A stretch of 64,000 nucleotides of DNA from Isurus oxyrinchus (lineage: Eukaryota). Under the pieces are notes generated by a model. The model was not told the DNA's origin. It worked only from the letters and a program-made list of their open reading frames with translations, and ran no database searches. The stretch's first letter is position 1; every line of letters begins with the position of its first letter. Both the position numbers and the translations under genes were made by a program. Where the stretch lies: the NCBI GenBank assembly GCA_026770705.1, contig JANJGN010000071.1, positions 1,426,001 through 1,490,000 of the forward strand. Reading direction: 5' to 3'. Shown piece after piece: positions 12,089 to 24,310 of the stretch.

Positions 12089-13199
12089 ACTGAGCAAGAA
12101 TGAGACACACACAGTGTGGGGAGAATACAGAACGGGAGAATCATTCAAAACTCCATTTTACCTTCCTAATATCCACAGGAACTCACTCCCAGGAAATGGA
12201 TTTAAACCTCTTGTTACAAACTGATGGAATTTCTTCGGAATGATCTATCCAGGATGATTGTCTGTGGGTTTCAATTCGAACATCCTCCTTCAGAATTGTC
12301 CCTCACTGTTGGAAACATCCTTCTCTCCATTCTGATTGTAAATGTCTTTAGATATCGTTCGATGATGTACCAGGACAGAACGGACAAATTCAATCCCGTG
12401 TCCTTGATTATGAGTTAATTTTCATTCTGTTATTCACCTTCCTGTCTGTCAGTTTTTACAGAATATTCATCAGCCAGTGTAGACTTCAGGAAATGCAGGA
12501 TCGGTGGATAATTGGAGCAGAAGAGATTGGTAAAATTTACTCAGCATTTTGTAGTCAAATGTATTTTCAGATATATATTTGGATTTTACACTTCATCGTT
12601 AAACAGCAAAACCATCAGCAATCCCGGAAACAGGGAAACAATTTGATTGGAGATTTGAGAAATTCTCTGCAGCTCAGAGGATAACAGATGTGATACAGTG
12701 CCACCACTGGTGGCAGGACATCATTTCAGCGTGACATGTTTACATTGATGTTGCCAATGAACATAGGAAATTATGATGTGAAAAATTGGTTGCAGGTTTA
12801 CCTTCTTCAATATGTCATGGATGGATGAGACAGCTTTGACAACAGAATGAGATATAGCTGCAATAAACCATCATTTTAGTCTTTCACACTTGGAGAGTAC
12901 AATGAGCATCCATCCTGAAGGCTGAGTGGATGGGTGGACTGTGCGATGTGTTACAGATCACAGAGACCAACATCCTTGATCCTGGTTCTGCTCTGTGTTT
13001 GATGAGATACTTGGATAAAAGATTGGGAAAATAAATAATCCTCCGGCATTAACCTGTAACTGGTCTCTCCATCTGTCAATGTCCTGAGGACAGAATTGGG
13101 TTCGAGGTCCAAAATCAGACATTCTTTGACTGCCCATTGAATAGGAACAGGAGGAGGCCATTCAGCCCCCTCGAACCTGCTACACAGGAACAAGAGAGC

Positions 13200-13420
13200 A
13201 CCTGAAATAAAAACAGAAAATGCTGGAGAAACTGAGTAGGTCTGGCAGCATCTGTGCAGAGATAAACAGAATTAGCATTTTGTGTCCGTATGACCCTTCT
13301 TCAGAGTCTATAAGCAAAAACTCTGTTTCTCTCTCCACAGCTGCTACCAGACCTGCTGAGTTAATGCAGCATTTTCTGTTTTTATTTCAGATTTACAGCA
13401 TCTGCAGTATTTATTTTTAA
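13200..13420. repeat. Inverted pair of Penelope-like short repeat
   Basis: gaaataaaaacagaaaatgctg..ggtctggcagc versus gctaccagacctgctgag..cagcattttctgtttttatttcag; copy at ~46465-46680. Confidence 0.65.
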
Positions 13421-14750
13421 TGACAGGAGGACATTCAGCCTCTTGATCCTGTTACACAGGAACATCAGGAGGCCATTCAGCCCCCTCGAGCCTGTTACAC
13501 AGGAACAGGAGGAGGCACATTCAGCCCCTCGAGCCTGTTACACAGGAACAGGAGGAGGCCCATTCAGCCCCCTCGAGCCTGTTACACAGGAAGAGGAGGA
13601 GGCCCATTCAGCCCCCTCGAGCCTGTTACACAGGAACAGGAAGAGGCCCATTCAGCCTCTTGATCCTGTTACACAGGAACAGCAGGAGGCCATTCAGCCC
13701 CCTCGAACCTGTTACACAGGAACAGGAGGAGGCCCATTCATTCCCTCGAGCCTGTTACACAGGAACAGGAGGAGGCCCATTCAGCCCCCTCGAGCTTGTT
13801 ACACAGGAACAGGAGGAGGCCCATTCATTCCCTCAAGCCTGTTACACAGGAACAGGAGGAGGACCATTCAGCCACTCAAGCCTGTTACATGAGGACAGGA
13901 GAAAGCCCATCAGCCTCTTGAGCCTATTATACAGGAACAGGAAAAGGACATTCAGTCCCTCAACACCCTTCCACAGGAACAGGAGAGAGTCTCAGCTCCT
14001 CGAGCCTGTTACCCAGGAACAGGAAGAGGACATTCAGTCTCTCAACCCACTTACACAGGAATAGGAAACCCATTCAGTCCCTCGTGCCTGTTACACAGGA
14101 AAAGGAGGAGGCCCATTCTGTTCCCTCGAGCCTGTTACACAGGAAAAGGAGGAGGCCCATTCTGTCCCCTTGAGCCTGTTACACAGGTACAGGAGACCCA
14201 TTCAGCCTCCACAAGCTTGTTACACAGGAACATTAGGGGCTCCATTTAGCCCCATCAAGCCTGTTACACAGGAACAGGAGGAGGCCCATTCAGCCACTCA
14301 AGCCTGTTAGATAGGAACAGGTGGAGGCCCATTCAGCCCCATGATGCTGTTACACAGGAACAGGAGGAGGCCCATTCTGTCCCCTTGAACCTGTTACACA
14401 GGAACAGGAGGTGGCCCATTCAGACCATCTAACCTGTAACACAGGAAAACAAGGAGATCCATTCAGCCTCTTGAGCCTGTTACACAGGAACAGGAGGAGG
14501 CCTATTCGGACACTCGAGCCTGTTACACAAGGACAGGGGGAGGGCATTCAGCACCTGGAGCCTGTTACACAGGAACAGGAGGAGGCACATTCAGCCCTGC
14601 CAAAGACTGTTACACAGGAACAGGGGGAGGCTTAATCAGCCACACAATCATGTCACACGGGAACAGGAGGAGGCCCATTTAGACCCCTCGAGCCTGTTAC
14701 ACAGGAACAGGAGGAGGCCCATTCAAACCCTCGAGCTTGTTGCATATGAA
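13420..14750. repeat. ~41-bp minisatellite (CCTGTTACACAGGAACAGGAGGAGGCCCATTCAGCCCCCTCGAG), CR1 3'-end related
   Basis: ~30 tandem degenerate units; unit resembles the ggaggaggccattcagccc motif at CR1 fragment ends in this window. Confidence 0.9.
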
Positions 14751-14846
14751 CAGTCAATGGCCCTTCAACCACATTATTGGCACGCAAAGGGTTAACAGTT
14801 TTCTAACAGTGCGAGGCAAAGAGTTGCTTTCTCACTTGGTACCAAG

Positions 14847-14987
14847 CACTTCCTCATTTTGACTCACAGTGACACATGCACCCTTTTTAATTAAACACAA
14901 ATAGGGAGCAGCACAGGAAGAGGTCATTCAGCCCAAGCAGAGCGTGTGGGCAGTTCCTCCCCAGGCGAGCAGTCGGACAGGTCCTGG
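14847..14987 (+). promoter_or_regulatory. Gene B promoter (PU.1 + AP-1 sites) and non-coding exon 1
   Basis: CACTTCCTCATTTTGACTCA at 14847-14866; donor ctgg|gtaagt at 14987/14988. Confidence 0.65.
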
Positions 14988-15437
14988 GTAAGTAACGGAA
15001 CGATTGGAATTCACTTCCACGACCAACACTGTCCTTTGTTGATGTTGTGACTTTATAAAGACAGATTCCAATGATTGATGCCTTTGAAAGATTTTTACTG
15101 ATTATTGAATTCTGGGTGTGAGACTCAAGTCTGTTGTACAGAACATCTTTCTAGCTCAATGGATGAGGGAAGTGCAGGGACATGAGCTTTGGGATGTCCT
15201 GAGATAGTGAAAGGTGCTATAGAAATGCAAATCAATCATTGTTTGTCTTACTTAAAGACTTGTAACTCTCTGCAGAGCACCTATCATCCCACAGAGAATC
15301 AAATTAGTCTGTGAAGACATTGTCTAAAAGCAGTTCTGATCTCTCGAGAGCTGTCGGACAAGAGGTGAGGTCTCATTAACTCCTTTCTCTTTCACAGCTT
15401 GAGAGTGAGAAGTGGATGGAATATCTGGGAGTGGACG

Positions 15438-15477
15438 ATGGTTGGGAAATCTTACTTCCTCCTGTCACTTCTCCAAG
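15438..15477 (+). CDS. Gene B signal-peptide exon MVGKSYFLLSLLQ
   Basis: ATG at 15438, 40 nt, phase-1 donor caag|gtaata. Confidence 0.75.
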
Positions 15478-16180
15478 GTAATATCATCATCAGCTCGGAC
15501 AGATTTATGTTTAACAGTCTTTGTAAAAGATCATTCTTATCTCTTTATCTCTGTAACCTCCTGCAACTCACCCAAACAACTTCCCAGATCTCTGTGTTAC
15601 TCCAATTCCGGCCTCTTGACCATCCCTCGATTCCCATCACTCCAATACTGGCGGCCGGGCCTTCAGCTGCCTGGGGCCTGAGCTCTGGAATTCACTCCCT
15701 AAACCTCGGGGATGGAGGAGCTCAGAGGGTTTCATTTTACTGAGAATCACCACGACCACATCACAGCTGCAGTCAGAATAGACAGAGGGTCCAGCCCTCA
15801 CACTTCCTGCACAGTTTCACCATAGCAACCACAATATGGAAATTTAAAAATACTGAAAGTTAAACTGAAGCTCAAACCAGTCAGTGTAGAGAGATGAGAT
15901 GTTTACACAGTTTCCCTGTGTGTCTTGTAGACACTGTGTTGGGTGGAAGACTGGCTTCACTAAACAGGGTCCTGAGGACCATGAGCCAATGTAGAATGAA
16001 CTTGTCCACTCCAGTGTCCAGGATTCTCTTCCCTCCGTTGTGAAACCTTGGGGGGTTCTTTGTGTGTCCAGTAGATGGTCCACACTGCAGCCACTGTGCC
16101 CCAGTGATGGAGGGGGTGGATATCGAGTCTAGTGGATCTACAAACCTTCCAGAGTTAAATATTGACATTTCTCTCCATAG

Positions 16181-16555
16181 TTGGACTGTCACAAGATTGA
16201 AAAGGTGACACTTCACGAGAGGTGACAGCGCAGGAAGGTTCGTGTGTACAGATTCCATGTCATTACAGTTACTTATCAAATTTCGTAGGGAGATCACGTG
16301 TCGGAATCTGCTTGAAAGGAATAGATGGGAACCCACAGCCGAAATGGTCTATAGCCTTTCATTCCGAGGGTCACAGTCACAGGGATCAAAGATTCCACCA
16401 TCGGACCAGGCTGTCTGGAGACCTGAAAGATGGCGACTGTTCCCTGATTATAAACAACATCAGACGGGAAGATGCAGGACCTTATTTTTTCAGAATAGAA
16501 TTTGACAGCAGGAATAGATACAACTATTACCCTGTAACCCGGCTTCACGTTTCTG
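16181..16555 (+). pseudogene. Gene B V-set exon (V2) with premature stop
   Basis: 375 nt; CAA GAT TGA (16198-16200) where paralogs have CAA GAG TGG; C-strand Trp>Cys; YFFR retained. Confidence 0.85.
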
Positions 16556-17026
16556 GTAAGTGCTGTGTTATGATTACTCAACAATTCACATTCAACACTC
16601 AATGGGAAATAACACAAACTGTGACGTTTACATATTAACACAAAACGCAGCTTATTATAACTTGCTATCTGATTCTCAATAACCTGGTGATAGCTTCCAG
16701 TTCAGTCCTAAAGCAACCTCTAATACTCACTTTAATATCAATGATTAAAAGCATTAACTGTATTATCAGGTTACCACTCCCATCAATCTCTCCTGTCCTG
16801 TTTAAAAGTCTGACGTATCGATAAAAGAAAGATGTGCATTTCTGCAGCGCAATTTACCACCTCAGGAGGATCCAAATCCCTTCACAGCCAATGAAATTAT
16901 TCCTGAATTGTAGTCACAGATGTAAAACACAGCAGGCAGTTTGTGCACAGCAAGATCCAACAAACCACAAGGTGATAAATCACCCAGATCACTGAGGAAA
17001 TGAGAAGCCAGTGAACTCAAACCTCT

Positions 17027-17062
17027 GGTCTGATGAAGAGTCATACGGACTCGAAACGTTAA
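17027..17062 (+). ncRNA. Minimal type I hammerhead ribozyme motif in Penelope-like repeat
   Basis: CTGATGA(17030-36)-A-GAGTC-atacg-GACTC-GAAA(17053-56)-CGTTA; 5-bp stem II, palindromic AACGTT stem III, ggt/acc stem I. Confidence 0.6.
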
Positions 17063-17413
17063 CCCTGTCTTCCTCTCCACTGATACTGTCAGACCTGCTG
17101 AGTCTTTCCAGCAATTTTTGTTTTTGTTTCAGATTTCCAGCATCTGCAGTATTCTGCTTTTAACTCCAATCTCTGGTCTGAGCCTCTTCTCTCATCCAGT
17201 GTTCTCAATTCACATGTCTCGGAGTGAACGTGTATTAAGCTGAGAGACAGAAACACTACTGCCAAAGAGCAAGAAAATCTTTCCTGATCATTGTAACCTC
17301 TCAGTTCTGATATCATCCTTGTAAAAGTGCTTTCTCTTGTGGGACTGTGGTTTCTATTTGAACTGATGCTTCACGTTATATTTCTCTAAAAGGATCCATT
17401 CTCTGTCTGTTAG

Positions 17414-17710
17414 ATTTCACAGATAAACCCACGATATTCCCTGCTGAAATTATTGCAGGAAAGCGTGTGGATGTAAGCTGCACCATCAACACAACGTGCA
17501 ATGCAACAGCAGCGCCTGTCTTAACCTGGGAAACTCCCACTGACGTACCTGGATCAGTCTCAAACACTGTAACTCAGCATGGTGTCACTCTGACCTATAC
17601 TTCTGTTCTGACCCTGATCCCATCACTCAAACACCACGGACACACTCTCAGCTGCAGAGTGAGATATCCATCTGTTTCATCGGAGCGGACCCTCGTACTA
17701 ACTGTGCAAG
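17414..17710 (+). pseudogene. Gene B D2 C2-set exon (open, but downstream of the V stop)
   Basis: 297 nt, gttag/gtaagt; DFTDKPTIFPAE..SCTINTTC..SCRVRYP. Confidence 0.8.
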
Positions 17711-18033
17711 GTAAGTACATACACCTTTCATTCTACATCAGCACTCCCTCAGCGCTGACCCTCTGACAGTGCAGCCCGTTCTCAGTATCCACATTCTCAG
17801 ACCTCTCTAAGTGCTTCACAGTCGATTGAAGTTAATTGATCTTTATTTGATTATTGCTGAATAAAGAGACAAGCTGTCTAAAGTTTACATCTCGCACACA
17901 CCATTCTCCATGGCAACACGTCCACCTATCAGAGACCACTTGCCAACCAATCAGCACTCTCTTCCCATTAAGTATAAATTGTGGTTCACTTTCTGTTGGT
18001 AATCCTGCGAACGGGCTTCTTGATTCCTGCCCT

Positions 18034-18186
18034 GACATCTTAATGTCCAAATGAACAGAACAAGTTCCAACAATGAGCTGTGGTTGGTGATTCCTCCCAT
18101 TACATATCGGGACACTGGAGACTATCAGTGTGTGGCAGAGAATGAACATGGAGCAGTGGAGGGGTTCATAACCATCACTGTGGAAC
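18034..18186 (+). pseudogene. Gene B 5'-truncated D3 exon
   Basis: Only ..HLNVQMNRTSSNNELW..YQCVAENEHG..TVE remains; acceptor and first ~130 nt replaced by a ~175-bp unrelated insert (~17858-18033). Confidence 0.8.
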
Positions 18187-19852
18187 GTGAGTGTACACAG
18201 ACTTCAACATCTCTCTCAGATTCAAACATTGCACAAACACACACAAATATACAGAACTAAATAGACACATGCAGACACACATGTATGAGCAATTACAAAG
18301 ACACACTCACAAACAAACACACTAGCACACACTCCCCTGTGGCTTACCTGAGTACTGCACTGGAGAGTTGGCCTGAATTCTGGGATTTGTGTTCCCAATC
18401 ATGTTTATGGAAGTATATGGAAATTACAAAGTCTATTACAGACACTCAGATGCATAGAGACACTCACAGATACTCTCTGCCTCTCCAACTCTCTCTCTCC
18501 CTTTAAGAAGCTTCCTGAAAGCTAACCCTTCGAACAATCACCGGCCCCAACTCCTCCTTATCTGATTCTGTGTGATTTTGTTTGTGTATCTGAGAGTAAG
18601 AGAGAGGTGGAGAGGTTTAGTTAGAGAATTCCTGCTGGTGAAAATCTTACATCATTTACTCACCTTTCCAGTGCACATATTTCCCAGTATGTCCAATGCC
18701 CCTGTTGATAATGATGACTGCCCATGTAAACGTCACGCTGTAGTTACAGTCTCCCACCAGTGGTGGCATTGTAGCACTTAATCCTTGTGTTTCCCAGCTT
18801 TTCAAGCAACTCCACTTCCCAGTTTGCTACACAAGCTGTGAGTTCATCAGAATTAAATTATTTCTCAAATGATAGATTTGATAATTCATTTTATTGAAAA
18901 CTTCCTCAGTGCCTCCCTGAAGGGTTTACACTCTCTGGGAAGCAGGAATAGGCTGGATGTTGGGGAGTTCATCTTTTCCCAGAGAGTAGGGATCCTTGAG
19001 AATGTGCTGTCAGTGGGTGTGGTAGTTCATGTTTCTCTGTCGCCTTCAAGAGGGATCTGGAGTGGTTACTGACTGGGGGAGAGATCATAGAAGCAGAGAA
19101 TGATACAGCACAGGAGGAGGCCATTCAGCCCATTGTGCCTGTGCCAGGTCTTTCAATGTTCTATCCAATCAGATCCACTAACCACCACTCCACTTTACCC
19201 CATCTTCCTCCTTCAAGTGTTTATCCAATTTCCCTTTTGAAAGTTCCTATTGAATCTGCTTCCACCGCCCTTTCAGGCAGCACCTTCCAGATCACAACAA
19301 CTCGCTCTGTCAAAACAAATTCTCCTCATCTCCCCCTCCAGTTGGTCAATCTGTGTCCCTCTGGTTACCGACCCTCCTGCCCCTTAAATACATCGATACT
19401 GTTCACCTCAACCACTCCCTGTGGGAGTGAGTTCCACATTCTCCCCTCTCTCTGGGTAAAGATTGGAACTGTTTATTAAGCGGGGGGTGTAAGTCTGTGG
19501 GGGAGTCCATCTCGATTCTGCCCGATTCGCACACGCGTCCGAGATGGATTTCCACCCTGCACTAAACGTTTCCAGAATTTTCTACAGCACAATCCTGTAC
19601 ACAGCGATGGAGAGAAACATTGGACAGGGAGTCCAACAGCACAATGATCCATTCTCACCAATGTTCCACGCTAAGGGGAAAGTTCCGATTGTCCGATTGT
19701 GTTTACAATGAAAACATTCATTCCACATTGAATCCCAGTGGATGGGTCAATATTACAGCAAATGTTGCAGTGATATGAAGCTTGATTGTTCAGCCAGAGT
19801 GAGAGATTGAAAGCGGAGAGTCAGTGATGATTTCTTTCTGTGTGTTCTCTAG

Positions 19853-19974
19853 ACAGTGGAGGACAGATCCTGGGAATACGAGCTGTGATATTCCTTGTGG
19901 CTGTGGTTATCACTATCACTGGAGTGTGTGTCTGGGAGAGACAAACAGTGAAAGGAAGTCGACAGACTGTTTGA
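19853..19974 (+). pseudogene. Gene B activating-type TM/short-tail exon (18-nt in-frame deletion versus B')
   Basis: Acceptor ttctctag; xSGGQILGIRAVIFLVAVVITITGVCVWERQTVKGSRQTV*; Arg codon CGA at 19879-19881 in the hydrophobic segment. Confidence 0.8.
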
Positions 19975-20099
19975 AGCTTTGTACAGCAACAATCTGGTCA
20001 GTCAGTGCGGACAAATAACGTGTGATGTTGTGTTAAGTTGTAATGAAACTGGTCAGTGTCCTGGTTAGAATCACCTTCGTATCAGAGAGGCATTCCAGC

Positions 20100-20690
20100 A
20101 CAGTAGGAGACCATTCAGCCCATTAAGTCCATGCTGTCTCTCTGTAGAGCAATCCAGTCAGTCCCATTCCCCCTCTCTATCCCTGTATCTCTGCAAGTTT
20201 ATTTCCAAGTGTCCATCCAATTTCCTTTTGAAATCGTTCATCGTCTCCGCTTCCACCATCCTCGTAGGCAGCGAGTTCCAGCTCATTACCACTCGCTGTG
20301 TAAAAAAGTTCCTCCTCACATCCCCCCTCTGCCCACAACCTTCAATCTGTGTCCCCCAGTCCTTGTACCATCAGCTAATGGCAACAGCTTCTCTTTGTCT
20401 ACCGTATCTAAACCCATCATCATCTTGTACACCTCGATCAGATCCCCCCTCAATCTCCTTTGCTCCAAGGAGAACAACCCCAGCTTCTCCAACCCAACCT
20501 TGTAGCTAAAATCCCTCATCCCTGGACCCATTCTGCTCAATCTCCTCCCCACCCTCTCAAGGACCCTCACTTCCTTCCCAAAGTGAGGAGACCAGAACTG
20601 GACACAATACTCTAGTTGTGACCTAACCAGAGCTTTATAAATGTTCAGCATAACCTCCCTGTGTTTGTACTCAATCCCTCCATTTATGAA
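20100..20690 (-). mobile_element. CR1 LINE 3' fragment
   Basis: ALVRSQLEYCVQFWSP, LGLFSLEQRRLRGDLIEVYK; copy at ~53340-53920. Confidence 0.85.
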
Positions 20691-21399
20691 AAGCTTATTC
20701 TTTCCATCAGCACAAACAGCAATTTCCAAGCGGACTCCCATCAGCAGACAGAGTGCAATGAAACATCGGCATGCCTGCTTCTTAATGTACGGAGAGAAAC
20801 CTGCAACGAGAGATTCTCCTTCTTCTCCTCAGCAAGCTGAAACTTTTCCTTATACCTGGTGCTCCCCAGTCCTGCTGTGTGGACACATCATAACCACGGC
20901 ATTGTCTGGCTGTGTGCAGCCAACATGGTCGAATAGGAATGAACAGAAATGTGACGTTGCTAAACTCTGTTCTCTGATTGGAATGTGCTTTCTGAATGCT
21001 GCACCTTTTTCATGCTGCGATAGATTGTAAGAAGCATTTGGGTTATGAATAAAATTACATTGATTAACACAAGTGATTAAAATGTTCAGCCTTTTCTGTA
21101 GATACTTATGGATTAAAATTCTTATTTTGCTGCCAGATTCTTGGCTCAAAGACATTATTTCATGTTGTCACTTTTTCCAGTCAGATGAATTCCTGTGGCC
21201 ATCTTTATAATGGAAATTTTCAATGTAAACACGTCACATTGCAGCTGCACACTCCTGCCAGTGGTGGTGCCATTCCAAAACTGTCTTGCTGCACCAACAC
21301 AGTGAGAATTATTCTCGACATGTACATGATGTTGTTGTTACACAGACATCAGGCGGAATCTTGGGCTGTGCCTAGAATGCACTTAGGACATTGCAGACC

Positions 21400-23490
21400 A
21401 CGCACAGAACTGACAGTGCAGCGTTTCCTCAATCCTGACCCTCGGTCAGTGCAGCGCTCCCTCATTACTGTCCCTCTGACAGTACTGCACTACCTCATTA
21501 TTGACCCTTTTCAAGTGCAGCACCCTGTCAGCACTGACCTTCTGACAGTGCAGCACACCCTCATGGCTGACAATCTGACAGTGCAGCACTCCCTCAGTAC
21601 TCATCCACCCACAGTGCAGCACTCCCTCAGTACTGATCCTCTGACACTGTATCCCTCCCTCACTACTGACCTTCCGACAGTTCAGCACTCCCACGGTACA
21701 CACCTTCTGACAGTGCAGCACTCCCTCAGTACAGACACTCTGACAGTGCAGCACTCCCTCAGTACTGACCCTCCCACAGCGCAGCCCTCTCTCAGTACTC
21801 ACCCTCCCACAGTGCAGCACTCCCTCAGTACTCACCCTCCCATGGTGCTGTTCGAGTTGATTCAATCAAGACTGGTGCCCAAAGAGGGAGGTTTCAATGC
21901 TAAATCATTGAATCGGTGAAAATTATTTTTAGGCTTACGGGAACAAGACTTAGTTCCTCAAATCCTTTCTTTTGCAATAACACACAGTACAAGAATTGTG
22001 TTTAAATAAATTCCAGTTAAACTTTGCCATGAAAGGATATCTTCTCACACTCCACTCTACCTCAGCACTAACCCTCCTACAGTCTGGCACCCCCTCAATA
22101 CTGACCCTCTGACTGTGCGGAACTCACTCAATACAGACCCGCCGACAGTTCAGCACTCCCACATTACTGACCCTCTGACTGTGCAGCACTCCCTCATTAC
22201 TGACCCTCCCACAGTGCAGCACTCTCTCAGTACTGACCCTCCCACAGTGCAGCACTCCCTCAGTACTGACCCTCCCACAGTGCAGCACTCCCTCAGTATT
22301 CCCCCTCCCACAGTGCAGCACTCCCTCAGTACTCACCCTCCCACAGTGCAGCACTCCCTCAGTACTCACCCTCCCACAGTGCAGCACTCCCTCAGTACTG
22401 ACACTCCTACAGTGCAGCACTCCCTCAGTACTCACCCTCCCACAGTGCAGCACTCCCTCTGTACACACCCTCCCACAGTGCAGCACTCCCTCAGTACTCA
22501 CCCTCCCACAGTGCTGTGCGAGTTGTTTCAATCAAGACTGGTGCACAAAAAGGGAGGTTTCAATGCTAAATCATTGAAATCGATGAAAATTATTTTTAGG
22601 CTTATGGGAACAAGACTTAGTTCCTCAAATCCTTTCTTTTGCAATAACACACAGTACAAGAATTGTGTTTAAATAAATTCCAGTTAAACTTTGCCATGAA
22701 AGGATATCTTCTCACACTCGGCTCTACCTCAGTACTAACCCTCCCACAGTCCGGCACCCCCTCAATACTGACCCTCTGACTGTGCGGAACTCACTCAATA
22801 CAGACCCGCCGACAGTTCAGCACTCCCACATTACTTACCCTCTGATAGTGCAGCGCTCCCTCAGTACTCACACTCCCACAGTGCAGCCCGCGCTCAGTAC
22901 TCACCCTCCCACAGTGCAGCACTCCCTCAGTACTCACCCTCCCACAGTGCTGTGCGAGTTGTTTCAATCAAGACCGGTGCACAAAAAGGGAGGTTTCAAT
23001 GCTAAATCATTGAAATCGATGAAAATTATTTTTAGGCTTATGGGAACAAGACTTAGTTCCTCAAATCCTTTCTTTTGCAATAACACACAGTACAAGAATT
23101 GTGTTTAAATAAATTCCAGTTAAACTTTGCCATGAAAGGATATCTTCTCACACTCCGCTCTACCTCAGCACTAACCCTCCCACAGTCTGGCACCCCCTCA
23201 ATACTGACCCTCCGACTGTGCGGAACTCACTGTACAGACAATCTGACAGTGCAGCACTCCCTCATTACTGACCCTCTGACAGTGCAGCACTCCCACATTA
23301 CTGTCCCTCTGACAGTGCAGCACTCCCACATTACTGACCCTCTGACAGTGCAGCACTCCCTCATTACTGACCCTCTGACAGTGCAGCAATCCCACATTAC
23401 TGACCCTCTGACAGTGCAGCACTCCCACATTACTGACCCTCCCACAGTGCAGCACTCCCACAGTAGAGTCCCGCTGACAGTGCAGCACTC
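21400..23490. repeat. 33-bp minisatellite interleaved with three copies of a ~205-bp unique block
   Basis: Block gtgctg..caatcaagactggtgc..aggatatcttctcacactc at ~21845, ~22511 and ~22947. Confidence 0.9.
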
Positions 23491-23720
23491 CCTCCGTAAT
23501 GATAACAGGGGTCGTTGAAATGTATCATACGGCCCGAGACCTGTATTGGGGACTCTATCGCCTGAGTTTCAGCCTCTGTGGTGAGGGGGAGGAGTCTAAT
23601 CCCACGGAGCCAATGGAGAAGCTTCATGACTACAGCTGCCCAAATATGAGCTGACAGATCACACATGGTAAACGTTTTGCTGAGAGCACAAAACATCCTC
23701 GATCTTCTCACTGTTTACCA

Positions 23721-23860
23721 ACTTCCTCATTTTGTCTCACAGTGACACATCCACCCTTTCTAATTAAACACACAGAGGGAGCAGCACAGGAAGAGGTCAT
23801 TCAGCCCAAGCAGAGCGTGTGGGCAGTTCCTCCCCAGGCGAGCAGTCGGACAGGTCCTGG
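23721..23860 (+). promoter_or_regulatory. Gene C promoter (PU.1/ETS site) and non-coding exon 1
   Basis: ACTTCCTCATTTT at 23721-23733; donor ctgg|gtaagt at 23860/23861. Confidence 0.65.
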
Positions 23861-24310
23861 GTAAGTAACGGAACGATTGGAATTCACTTCCACCACCAAC
23901 ACCGTCCTTTGTTGATGTTGTGACTTTATAAAGACAGATTCCAATGATTGATGCCTTTGAAAGATTTCTACTGGTTATTGAGATCTGGGTGTGAGACTCA
24001 AGTCTGTTGTACAGAACATCTTTTTAGCTCAAGGGATGAGGGAAGTGCAGAGACATGAGCTTTGGGACGTCTTGAGGTGGTGAAAGGTGCTATAGAAATG
24101 CAAATCCTTTAATGTTTTTCTTTCTTAAAGTCTTGTAACTCTCTGCAGAGCACCTATCATCCCACAGAGAATCAAATTAGTCTGTAAAGACATTGTCCAA
24201 AAACAGTTCTGATCTCTTGAGAGCTGTCAGACAAGAGGTGAGGTCTCATTAACTCCTTTCTCTTTCAGAGTTTGAGAGTCAGAAGCTTATGAAGTATCTG
24301 GGAGTGGACA

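Noticed and set aside
12030-12418. ORFs MMIFTQTV.. and MEFLRND.. (and copies at 45293, 45487)
   Set aside because: Alternative frame of the terminal exon and its 3'UTR; similarity between copies is only due to the recent duplication
13443-14635. EPVTQEQEEAH-repeat ORFs
   Set aside because: Translation of the ~41-bp minisatellite in shifting frames; no splice context
16181-16640. V exons as rearranging Ig/TCR/NAR V segments; CACAGTG heptamers in satellites as RSS
   Set aside because: V exons include the G strand, end in GT donors and have the Siglec cysteine pattern; no heptamer-spacer-nonamer next to them
19824-20018. Cys-rich ORF MMISFCVFSRQW..CGCGY
   Set aside because: Wrong frame of the TM exon; the phase-1 frame gives a clear TM helix
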